Shown piece by piece: positions 38,283 to 47,491 of a stretch of 64,000 nucleotides of DNA. The notes below the pieces were generated by a model, which did not search any database, had not been told where the DNA came from, and was given only the letters and a program-made list of their open reading frames with translations. The stretch is from the NCBI GenBank assembly GCA_965242695.1, contig CBDESU010000001.1, positions 992,001 to 1,056,000 on the forward strand, given 5' to 3'. Source of the DNA: Cenarchaeum sp. Lineage in GTDB: Archaea; Thermoproteota; Nitrososphaeria; Nitrososphaerales; Nitrosopumilaceae. The translations under genes were made by a program, and so were the position numbers. Numbering within the stretch: the stretch's first letter is position 1; the number at the start of each line of letters is the position of its first letter.

Positions 38283-39851
38283 GTGGAATCGGAAGAGGAC
38301 GCGCAGCGCGGGGCCAGAACCAGCGCCGGCGACGATGCCGCATCCGCGCCGATCGCCAGGCTGCTCGCCGAGAATAAGCACGCCGAGGCCGTCGCCGCAT
38401 GCGACCTCGCCCTGGCCTCGAACCCGGGCCACATCTACCTCTCCTCGGCGAGGGCCGCCTCGCTAAAGCATATGGGCCGCCTGAAAGAGGCCGCACGCGC
38501 ATTCGAGGATCTCGCAAAGCTGTGCCGCGCCGCGCTCGACTCGGATGCCGGCGATGCGGATGCGGCGGGGCACATGGGCCGCGCCCTGCTGGCGCTCAAC
38601 CGCTACTCCGAGGCCGCCGAGGCGGCCGAGGCGGCCATCAAGGCCGGCGCGTCCGGCGCCGAGATGCGCGTCCTCAGGGGCCGCGCCCTGTCCGGCACGG
38701 GGCGGCACGAGGATGCGCTAGAGTCGCACAGGGAGGCCGCGCAGATCGATCCGCGCAGCGCCGCCGCGTGGTCCGGCGCGGCCGCCGCGCTCAACGCAAT
38801 GACGCGCCACGCCGAGGCCGCGACGTACAGCGAAAAGGCCGCGCGCGCCGAACCGGGCAACCCCGTCCTGCTCGCGAACCTCGGGGACATGCTGCGCATG
38901 GGCAGGCGCTACGCAGAGGCCGCCGAGGCATGCGACAGGGCGCTTGCAATCGACGGCGCGTGCACCGAGGCGCACGAGGCCAAGGCGCGCGCGCTCCTCG
39001 AGCTCGGGCGCGTGCGCGATGCGCGCGTCTGCTGCCGCGACATGGTCCGCGCCAGCCCGAAGAGCGCCGCCGCGTGGGCCGCCAGGGGATCCATCCTGCA
39101 CGACATGGGCCTGCACAAAAAGGCCCTCGGGTCGGCCAGGCGCGCAATACGGACGGACCCCGGCTCGGCCGGCGCGCACGAGCTTAGGGCCAGGATCCTA
39201 GAGGCGATGGGGATGCCCGAGAGGGGCGCCGAGGCGTGCGACAGGGCGATTAAGGCCGACCCGCGCGGCGCTCTGGCCCGGGCCACAAAGGTGCGCCTGC
39301 TCCTGAGCATGGGCATGCATGCAGAGGCGCTAGAGTGCGCCGACGAGGCCGTCAGGCTAGACCCGGGCTCGGCCCGCGCGCACCTTGCCAGGGCAGAGGC
39401 CATGATGGCGCACCGGCGGCTCGAAGAGGTGGCGGCGGGCGCGGCCAGGGCCGCCAGGCTCGACCCCTCGATGCACAGGGCCCACGCGGCCGGCGCGGAT
39501 GCGCTCTGCGCGCTCGGGAGGCTCAAGGAGGCGCTCGAGCGCGTAGACGAGTCGATCCGGATCGATCCGGGCGAGCCATACCCGCACATGGTGAGGGGCA
39601 CGATCCTGGTCCGCATGGGGCGCCGCGCCGAGGGGATCAGGTCGTACGACAGGTCGATCGAGTGCGATATCTCGTACACGCCCGGCTACGTCATCAAGGC
39701 CATGATGATCGCGGCGGAAGGAAGGCGCAAGGAGGCGATCGCATGCTGCGATGCGGCCCTGGCAAACTGCCCGCCCGGGCCGGCCGGCGACTACGGCCGC
39801 ATGATGGCCAGGAGGCAGAGGGAGGAGATCATCCGCGGCGGGAAGGGCTGA
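38283..39851 (+). CDS. Long TPR protein
   Basis: Many TPR motifs (ACDRALAIDG, ACDRAIKADP, SYDRSIECD). tttta element about 24 nt before GTG. Confidence 0.85.
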   Translation: MESEEDAQRGARTSAGDDAASAPIARLLAENKHAEAVAACDLALASNPGHIYLSSARAASLKHMGRLKEAARAFEDLAKLCRAALDSDAGDADAAGHMGRALLALNRYSEAAEAAEAAIKAGASGAEMRVLRGRALSGTGRHEDALESHREAAQIDPRSAAAWSGAAAALNAMTRHAEAATYSEKAARAEPGNPVLLANLGDMLRMGRRYAEAAEACDRALAIDGACTEAHEAKARALLELGRVRDARVCCRDMVRASPKSAAAWAARGSILHDMGLHKKALGSARRAIRTDPGSAGAHELRARILEAMGMPERGAEACDRAIKADPRGALARATKVRLLLSMGMHAEALECADEAVRLDPGSARAHLARAEAMMAHRRLEEVAAGAARAARLDPSMHRAHAAGADALCALGRLKEALERVDESIRIDPGEPYPHMVRGTILVRMGRRAEGIRSYDRSIECDISYTPGYVIKAMMIAAEGRRKEAIACCDAALANCPPGPAGDYGRMMARRQREEIIRGGKG

Positions 39852-39934
39852 GGGCGGGGCCGGCCTGGAATGGCGGGCCCCGGCGGCGGGCGGGGGCCGA
39901 AAGCCATAAATTGCACCGGTGCGGCCTCGGCGCG

Positions 39935-41350
39935 TTGGCGCAGGAGGCGGAGCAGGAGCGCAGGCCGGCGGGGCGGGGCGGCGGAGTGGGATCCGCGGCA
40001 TCCGCCCTAGAGGAACAGGAGTCGGGGGAGCAGAAGGTAGAGGTCGCGCACTGGTACATCGATCAAGACCTGGTCGACGACTACCTGTCCGTTCCGCATG
40101 TGACGACCATCCACGACATACTGTTCGAGATGGATCCTAGGTACGACGAGATGGTCATACGCAATGGCATCGAGCACGGCGGGTACCGGACGGCGCTCGA
40201 TGAACTCAAGGATCCTCCCCCGCACCATCCGCAGGGAATCTATGTCGTCGGCTACCGCGCGCGCATGCTCGAGCGCCTCGGCAGGTACGAGCAGGCAGAG
40301 GCGCTGTACCGCAGCGTGGTCGAAGAGCTGCCCGGGAGTCCTGTCGCCCACCTCGACATGGCAAGGGTGCTAGAGCAACTCGGCCGCGGAGAAGAGTCGG
40401 CGGCCGAGGTCGCCCGCGCGGGCAAGTTCATTCCAAACTATCGCAGGGCGTTCGAGGCCGGCATGCACCCCGACCCGCGCCAGCTGGATCCCTCCGCCGT
40501 CCCGCTCCGCCTGATCATACCAATGTCCGTAATCTCGGCGGCCGGAACGGTGCGCTCGAGGGCAGAGCTCTCGGCGGCATCGCTGCTCGTGCAGTCCGAG
40601 TGCGGGCTCGACCTGTACCCCCAGGCGGCGTCGCGACTGCCGGGCTGCGCCGGCCTCGGCGCCGACATGGGGAGGTTTTACCACCTTGTCGTCGAGGATA
40701 TCGTCTCGTACCCGATAAGAGGCGAGCCGACGTACTACTACGACCTCACCGACAGGGGGATCGACATGGTGCGCGAGCTCGGCGAGCGGGCGGACGGGAA
40801 CGAGGGAGGCGGCGGCGCGGCGCGCATCGCCGCATCTGCGCGCCGCATCGCCGGCATCGGCGCGTATGCCATTCTCGAAGAGGCCTGTCGCGGCGCCGCG
40901 GCCCGAGCCGGGCGCGAGCGTATCGGGCGCGCCGAGGCCCTGGCGGGACTGCGCGGGACGGCCGAGCGCATAATCGGCGAGATCGGCAACGGCATTGCGT
41001 TTGGCGGCAATCATGCGGCCGTGCTCGAGACCAAGGCCAGGCGCATACCAGACATGCTCTCGCAGGCGCGCGATGCGCCCGACGCGCAGTGGGACGTGGC
41101 CGCCGCCCTGGGCGGCGACATACTGGGCCTGTGTGCGCGCATCGCGTTCGACCAGCGGCCGCACCCGAGGTCGTACGCGCTAGGCCCCCCGTACCCCGAC
41201 ATCCGGGATCTGTACACTCTGCTCGTCGGGTACTGCAGGGAGAAAGGCATTGCCGAGCCCAGGATCGAGGTGTTGAAGATCGAGGAGCCTGCGCCCGAGA
41301 GTATCGAGGAGATTAGGCGCGACATGCTCAAGGTGATAGCCGGGTCATGA
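39935..41350 (+). CDS. TPR + winged-helix (YwgA/Panacea-like) fusion; putative partner of the downstream PIN
   Basis: TPR segment (YRARMLERLGRYEQAEALY), then GTVRSRAEL...VQSE...LY...YYYDLTDRG. TTG start chosen from cataaatt spacing; ATGA overlap with the next gene. Confidence 0.6.
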   Translation: MAQEAEQERRPAGRGGGVGSAASALEEQESGEQKVEVAHWYIDQDLVDDYLSVPHVTTIHDILFEMDPRYDEMVIRNGIEHGGYRTALDELKDPPPHHPQGIYVVGYRARMLERLGRYEQAEALYRSVVEELPGSPVAHLDMARVLEQLGRGEESAAEVARAGKFIPNYRRAFEAGMHPDPRQLDPSAVPLRLIIPMSVISAAGTVRSRAELSAASLLVQSECGLDLYPQAASRLPGCAGLGADMGRFYHLVVEDIVSYPIRGEPTYYYDLTDRGIDMVRELGERADGNEGGGGAARIAASARRIAGIGAYAILEEACRGAAARAGRERIGRAEALAGLRGTAERIIGEIGNGIAFGGNHAAVLETKARRIPDMLSQARDAPDAQWDVAAALGGDILGLCARIAFDQRPHPRSYALGPPYPDIRDLYTLLVGYCREKGIAEPRIEVLKIEEPAPESIEEIRRDMLKVIAGS

Positions 41351-41958
41351 TCGTCATCTTCGACACGAACGTCTGGTACGCATACCACATGGACTTTATG
41401 GCGGTGAGCAGGGACGGGCGGGCCGTCAGGGTGCGGCGCCGCAACAGGGACGCGGTGGTCGCCGCGGTCGACGGTGCGATAGAGTCGGGGGAGGTTAGGA
41501 TTATAGATACTGTCGCAGTTGAGGTGCGCGGAGGCATGGAGGATGCGTTTAGGTCGGCTGCCAAGTCGGCCAACCCCGAAGCCGTTTATGATGACGAAAT
41601 TGCAGAGGATGCACTGGCAGGGTTCATGCCGCTGTACAAACGCTTTCGCATTCGCGACTACAAGGACTACCTGGACGACATCGAGTGCATGTATATTGAG
41701 ATATGGCGCGATCCAAGGATGGCCGGCGCGGTGGACCGGCGGCGGCGCATCAAGGAAAGGCACGGGCACGGGTCGGCGCGCCCCTCGCTGGCGACGCATG
41801 CAAGGGACTTTGCGATACTCTCGACGGCCGCCTACATGGCCGCGCGGGGGGAGTCGGTCAGGCTGGTCACATTCGACCACGACATTGTGGAGTTTGCCGA
41901 TGCGATCTACGAGCGGTTCGGCGTCGTCGTAGTCGACGGCGCAGGCCTGCAGCTGTAA
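41347..41958 (+). CDS. PIN-domain protein
   Basis: IVIFDTNVW...TVAVEV...RDFAILSTAA...LVTFDHD. Confidence 0.85.
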   Translation: MIVIFDTNVWYAYHMDFMAVSRDGRAVRVRRRNRDAVVAAVDGAIESGEVRIIDTVAVEVRGGMEDAFRSAAKSANPEAVYDDEIAEDALAGFMPLYKRFRIRDYKDYLDDIECMYIEIWRDPRMAGAVDRRRRIKERHGHGSARPSLATHARDFAILSTAAYMAARGESVRLVTFDHDIVEFADAIYERFGVVVVDGAGLQL

Positions 41959-42358
41959 TCCCGGCGCAGCCAGGCGCGCCGCCGATGCGCTAGCCACTGC
42001 CGCGCTCGCGCCATCCTCGCACCGGGGGGTTTTTCCAGCTCTGCGGCGGCCTGTGCACGCTCGCGTGCGGCCTCCCAGGCCGACTCGACTTCCCGGCAGG
42101 AGCCCGCCCGCCCGCCCGAACCATGGGCCGCCTGCGCCGGCTGCCAGGCGCGGCGGCAGAGCGCCGAACATGCCGCATGCTCTGGCCGCGCAGTCGCATG
42201 CCCAGAGCCGCTCCCGCGCCCGCCCGCGCCCCGCCGCCCTTTGGGCACGCGGCGCCGGCCGATGCGGCGCCTTCCCCCGCTCCGATCCCTGCCTCCGGAC
42301 TCGATCGCCGCGCCCGCCGCGTCCAAGGTTTTTACCGGGCGCGCCGCGCCCGCCGCGC

Positions 42359-43966
42359 GTGGGACGCCGGCGGTCGCGGACGGGGATCGGGCCCCACGCA
42401 GGCAAAGCCAGCGACGGCGAAAACGCCCTGTCCCTGCCGATCGTCGAGCTGCTCGAGGGGCAGAAGTACGCCGAGGCCGTCGCCGCATGCGACCGCGCCC
42501 TGGCCGCGCACCCGGGCCACATCTACATCAGCTCGGCAAGGGCCATCTAGCTCAAGCACCTGGGCCGCGACGAAGAGGCCGCGCGCGGGTTCGAAGAGCT
42601 CGCAGGCCTGTGCCGCGCGACCCTCAAGTCTGACGCCGGCGATGCAGAGGCGGCCGAGCACATGGCCCGCGCCCTCCACATGCTCGGCCGCCACGCCGAG
42701 GCCGCCGTGGCGGCAGGGGCGGCCATCGAGGCCGGCTCGATGGGCGCCGAAATGCACGCGCAGAGGGGATGCTCGCTGTCCAATGCGGGCCGCCACGAAG
42801 AGGCGCTCGAGTCGTGCAGGGCGGCAGTCGGGATCGATCCGCACGACGGCGGCGCCTGGGCCGCCATGTCGCGCGTGCTCAACAGCATGGGCCGCCACTC
42901 AGAGGCCGCATCGTGCAACGCAAGGGCCGCGCGCGCCGAGCCGCGGGACGCCGGCCAGCTCGTCGGGCTGGGCTACTCGCTGTACAAGGCCGGCCGCCAC
43001 GCCGAGGCCGTCGAGGCGTGCGACGGGGCCCTTGCGATCGACGGCGCGAGCGCGGATGCGCACGCGGCCAGGGCGCGCGCTCGACGCGCTCGGACGCCGG
43101 CGCGATGCGCTCGCATGCTGCCGCGACATTGTCCGCGCGAACCCGAAAAGCGCGACCGCGTGGACCGCCAGGGGGTTTGTCCTGCAGGACCTGGGCCTGC
43201 ACAGGAGGGCCGCCAGGTCGCTCGGACGCGCGATACGGCTCGACCCCGGCCTGGCCGAGGCGCACGAGCGCAGGGCCAGGTCGCTCGGCGCCATGGGGCG
43301 GCACAAGGAGGCGGTTGCGGCGTGCAGGGCGGCCGCTGCCGCCGACCCGCGCAGGGCATCGGCGCGCGCAGAGCTGGCGCGCCAGACCTTCGAGGCCGGC
43401 CGCCACGCCGAGGCGCTCGGCCTGGCCGACGAGGCCATACGCGCCGATCCCGGCAGGGCCGATGCGCACCTGGCCAGGGCCGAGGCCCTCTTGGCGCTCA
43501 AGAGGTACGAAGAGTCGGCGGCAAGCTCGGCGGAGGCGGCCAGGATATACCCTCCCATGCACAGGGCCCACGCGGCAGGGCCGACGCCCTCTGCTCGATC
43601 GGGCGCGATGCGGAGGCGCTCGAGTGCGCCGACGATGCGATCCGGATCGAGCCGGACGCGCCGTACTCGCACATGGTAAGGGGGACGGCCCTGAGCAACC
43701 TCGGGCGCCGCGCAGACGGAATGCGGTCCTGCGACAGGGCGATCGAGTGCGATGCCTCGTACGTGCCCGCCTACCTTTCCAAGGCCATGGACCTGGCGAT
43801 GGACGGCAGGCGCGAGGATGCGATCGCATGCTGCGATGCGGCCCTGGAAAACTGCCCCGCCGGGCAGTCCGGCCGCTTTGAGCGCGGGATGGCCACGAGT
43901 GCGAGGGAGATGGTCAGGGACTGGCCGTACGGCGCGCCGTACGGCGCGCCGGGCGATCGCATCTAG
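42359..43966 (+). pseudogene. Disrupted paralogue of TPR gene 38283..39851
   Basis: In-frame TAG at 42548-42550 (TCG in the paralogue). Homology changes frame near 43075 and returns near 43578. Confidence 0.8.
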
Positions 43967-44181
43967 CCCGACACGGACACGTCCGGCGAGGCGGACGGCG
44001 ATCCCGGCGAGCCCCGCTCGGGCGGGGACATGTCTGCCGCGCCGATCCCCAGCGCCGCATCCCTGCGCCCGCCGCCGTAATAGCGCTGCGCGCCCGCGCC
44101 CGATCGCGGCGACCGGCCAGAGGCAGGCGGCGGCAAGGGCGCAACCAGCGGTTAAATACGCGCATCCTCCCGCCATCCGCG

Positions 44182-44600
44182 TTGGGAAGGCTCAGCAGAT
44201 CCAAGCGCGAGAAAGAAGAAAAAAGGCGCCACGGCGGGGGGCGCCGGGCGCGACGCTCATAGAGATTGCAGAGGCCCTGCTCGTGACCATGCTCCGAAAG
44301 GACGGCAAGGACGAGCGATCGAGCCTGGGCAATCCAGACGGCTCGATGATCAGCTCCGAGTGGACAGAGATGCAGTTCAACTACGACGGAAAGCGCCGCA
44401 GGCTGTCCGTGCCGTCGGTCGTCCTGCGGGATGCCGGCCACGACTTCCAGCTCGGCTACATCTACGGCACGCTGGCGCAAAAGGTAAGGCCCCACGTGCG
44501 CAGGTGCCCGGACTGCGGCAAGCTGCACGAGCCGACGTACGGGTTCAAGGGGAGCACCCTATACAGGGCCGACGGTGACGCCAAGGACGTCGGCTGCTGA
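44182..44600 (+). CDS. Small CxxC (zinc-ribbon-like) protein, paralogue 1, possible 5' frameshift
   Basis: LIEIAE...FNYDGKRRRLSVP...DFQLGYIYG...RCPDCGK. The MGRLSRSKRE N-terminus from TTG 44182 is in another frame. Confidence 0.55.
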
Positions 44601-44619
44601 CGGGCGGCAGGGGCTAAAT

Positions 44620-45078
44620 ATGCGCCGCATCCGGCCGCGCGCAGCGGGGAGGCTCGGCAGGTCCAAGCGCGAGGGCCGAAAAAGGGGCGGGGAGGGCGGC
44701 GGCGGCCGCAAGGTCGTAGAGCTCGAGCCCATGCCGCTGATAGAGGTGGCCGAGAAGATGCTCGAGATGTTCCGGCAGATGGACGGGAAGACGGCGCCGC
44801 ATTCCGGCCCGAAGGATCCCGAGGGCGCTATGGTGGGCATCGAAAAGTTCGACTGCCGCTTCGCCTACAACGGCAAGGGCCGCAAGATATCCATGCCGAG
44901 GGCCCTGCTCAAGACCGGCCGCGACTTCCAGCCAGGGTGCGCCTACGGCATGCCCCTGCAGAGGATCAGGCCCCGGATGAACGTATGCAAGGACTGCGGC
45001 AAGGTGCAGGATCCGCGGTTCGGGTTCGGGCACGGTGTGATCATGGATGCGGTGCCGAGTAGCCACCGCGACGAGTAG
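44620..45078 (+). CDS. Small CxxC protein, paralogue 2
   Basis: GRLGRSKRE...LIEVAE...FAYNGKGRKISMP...DFQPGCAYG...VCKDCGK. Start uncertain. Confidence 0.6.
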   Translation: MRRIRPRAAGRLGRSKREGRKRGGEGGGGRKVVELEPMPLIEVAEKMLEMFRQMDGKTAPHSGPKDPEGAMVGIEKFDCRFAYNGKGRKISMPRALLKTGRDFQPGCAYGMPLQRIRPRMNVCKDCGKVQDPRFGFGHGVIMDAVPSSHRDE

Positions 45079-45099
45079 ACGGGCGGCGCGCGCCTGGCC

Positions 45100-45900
45100 C
45101 TACAGCACCTTTGCCGCGGCCTTTTCGGCCCTGCCGGCGGCCGCCATGGCCCTCCTCCACGCCTCGGCGGCCTCCCGCGCCTCCGGCAGGCCCCGCTCGC
45201 GCGCGGCCGCCGCCGCCGACCGCTCGGCCTCGGCGGCCATGTTCCTTCGCAGATCCGCTGTCATCCGCTCGTCGTCGACGGCCCGCCTGGCCTGCTCCAT
45301 CGACTCTGCGCACTCGCGCCCCGCCTCGTCCATCATGCCGGCAAGCATGGGCTCCATCGCGCCCATGTCTGCGCCGATCCCGTACCCGTCCTCCCCCCAC
45401 CGCGACGCGCCGGCGGCCCACCTGTCGGCCTGCTCGCCGAGCAGCCCCGCGCCAAGCCTCATGCGCCTTGACAGCATGGCCGAGCCGCGCGAGTTCGTGC
45501 GCGTCTTTTCCGCAAGCCCCGACGCGAGCTGCCCGTGCATGCCGTCGGCCGCATGCCCGTACGCGGCGGCCGCCTCGCTGTGCTCGGCCGCGGCCGCCCT
45601 GCTCAGCCGGGACGACCGCCTGAACGCGACCGCCGCTCGCCGCATCGCCGACGCGCCCTGCCTGATCGCATCAAGCGCCCGCCCCATGGCCTCTGCATCC
45701 ACGCCCTTGCGCGGATCCACCGCCTGGCCGGCCGCCTCGGCGGCGCGCCTTACGGCATCCTCGGACTCGGCCTTGGCGGCCCAGCCCTGCCGGTTCGCCT
45801 TTGACATCGCCCGCGCGTATATCGCCGCGGCCCACATCCTGGCATCGGCCGCGGACCGCCACACGACGGCGGCCGCCGCATCCCGCCCGCTGCCGCCCAT
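45100..45900 (-). CDS. Ala/Arg-rich helical family member B
   Basis: VWRSAADARMWAAAI...WAAKAESED. Promoter motif cctttatgccattcgatc at about 45923. Confidence 0.75.
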   Translation of the reverse strand: MGGSGRDAAAAVVWRSAADARMWAAAIYARAMSKANRQGWAAKAESEDAVRRAAEAAGQAVDPRKGVDAEAMGRALDAIRQGASAMRRAAVAFRRSSRLSRAAAAEHSEAAAAYGHAADGMHGQLASGLAEKTRTNSRGSAMLSRRMRLGAGLLGEQADRWAAGASRWGEDGYGIGADMGAMEPMLAGMMDEAGRECAESMEQARRAVDDERMTADLRRNMAAEAERSAAAAARERGLPEAREAAEAWRRAMAAAGRAEKAAAKVL

Positions 45901-46144
45901 GCATGCCGGCCCGCCCGCGGCGCCTTTATGCCATTCGATCCGCGGCGCGGGCAGGGGGAGGCGGCGGAGGGGGAGGCGGGGCGCCGCTGGCAAGTCTGCG
46001 ACTCGGGGGCGGCAGAGGCGCTAGGAGGGGAGGAGGCAGCTGCCGCTGGACGGCCGCAGCAAGGGCGTGGCGCAAGGCCGGAAGGGCCGTCAAGAGGGGC
46101 GAATCCCGCGGAGCGGCACGCCGCGCGCGGGCGCTAGGGGAAGG

Positions 46145-46400
46145 CCGGATGCCCTTGTAGACGTCCTTGCGCGGGCCTGCTCGTACGACGGGGATCTTTC
46201 GCGCGTCGTTCCATGTGCGGCATGCGATCCCATACGACCCCGCCTTGTCCCTGCAAAGATCTCGGCCGGCCGTTCTGCTCCCCCTGTGCGGATCCTTGCA
46301 AAGCAGTCCATCATTCCCGTGTTATCCGCTTGCGCATTTCTGGACGTGTATCCTTGATGCCCCTGCGGGCAACACCGCTGAAAAGCGCTTCGTACGTCAT
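46145..46400 (-). pseudogene. RelE/ParE-like toxin pseudogene
   Basis: ATGA overlap with the upstream gene. MTYEALFSGVARRGIKDTRPEMRKRITRE* (TGA 46311-46313), then in a shifted frame LCKDPHRG...AGSYGI...KIPVVRAGPRKDVYK. Confidence 0.65.
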
Positions 46401-47413
46401 GAGCAGAACTCTTTCCGCATCTGTTCGTACGTGTAGCATTCGCCTCTTGCCATCTGGAGCAGGCCCTCGTCGATCTCCTTTGCATCCTCGCCATCGAACG
46501 CGCCGGGCTCGTCTGTGTTGACCAGTCTTACTATGTACTCTCCCACGGTCTCGCCGCTGGCCCTATCGTCCCCAATCCCCTCGAGAAAGGTGCCTGCAAA
46601 GCTGGGCCCCGGCCCGGCCGTCCCGCCCCGTTCGCCGCGGCAGGCCGCCGCAGAGCCGCTCGAACCAGGCGCCCGGCGAATGGAGTCCCCATCCATGTCG
46701 ATCTTTGAGGCGCGCAGGAGGCATTCCAAGACGCGGTCGAGGGTCAGTGCATCGACGTCGCGGGGCAGCGCCCTAGTCAAGTGGCCCCTGCTCTCGAAAG
46801 AGGCCTGCATGGATATTGCCCGTTCCACCATTGCGACGGTATCCGGATCCGGATCGCCCCGCAAGGCCCCGCTGCTCGGCCCCGCAGCAGATGCGAAGAA
46901 CGGGGCGCCGGCCGGGCGCCGGCGGGCGGGATTCCCCCCGCCTGCCGTCCGCAGCCTGAACTCTACGACCCCGCCTGCCCTGCCGTCCGCATCAGCCTCT
47001 ACCCTGAACTCGTGCGAGTCGTACTCTACACGTGAGTTGAACACCAGGGCATCGCCGTCCCTTGTAAAGCACAGGACGGCGTAGCCATCCTCCCTTGAAC
47101 GGGCCAGGGCAAGGCCGTCGCAGGACGCGCCCGGGCTCCCGGATCCTGCGCGATCGGAGGCCTGGACCATGTGCACCGTGCCGGCGTCGGGGCCAGCGCC
47201 CGCATGTCCAGAGTGGGAGCCGGCCGGCCGCACGAGTACCATGCACCTGTTCCTCCTGCTTGCGCGCATGCATCCGTCCGCCGGCACGCCGTACATGGCA
47301 TGCAGATCCTCGTCGCTGAACCGCTCGCCCGGCGCGGGCACCGTGACGGCCGTGGCAACCCCGGGATCAGGTGCGGCGCTCGGCTTGCGGGCAGTTTCCC
47401 AGAGTGCGCCCAC
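46397..47413 (-). CDS. Degenerate SRA-like domain fused to an acidic RelB-like antitoxin C-terminus
   Basis: PGERFSDEDL...GCMRAS...MVLV...ALARSREDGYAVLCF...VVEFRL. C-terminus EIDEGLLQMARGECYTYEQMRKE. Confidence 0.55.
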   Translation of the reverse strand: MGALWETARKPSAAPDPGVATAVTVPAPGERFSDEDLHAMYGVPADGCMRASRRNRCMVLVRPAGSHSGHAGAGPDAGTVHMVQASDRAGSGSPGASCDGLALARSREDGYAVLCFTRDGDALVFNSRVEYDSHEFRVEADADGRAGGVVEFRLRTAGGGNPARRRPAGAPFFASAAGPSSGALRGDPDPDTVAMVERAISMQASFESRGHLTRALPRDVDALTLDRVLECLLRASKIDMDGDSIRRAPGSSGSAAACRGERGGTAGPGPSFAGTFLEGIGDDRASGETVGEYIVRLVNTDEPGAFDGEDAKEIDEGLLQMARGECYTYEQMRKEFCS

Positions 47414-47491
47414 GGAGCATGGCGGCAGGCCCGTCTTATAGCCCATATCCTAGGCAGCTGCATGCACGCCGGCATCGGCGGCATCCCCCTC

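Noticed and set aside
39335-39934. N-terminal 200 aa of the 671-aa ORF
   Set aside because: Overlaps the TPR gene in another frame. TATA spacing favours TTG 39935 as the start.
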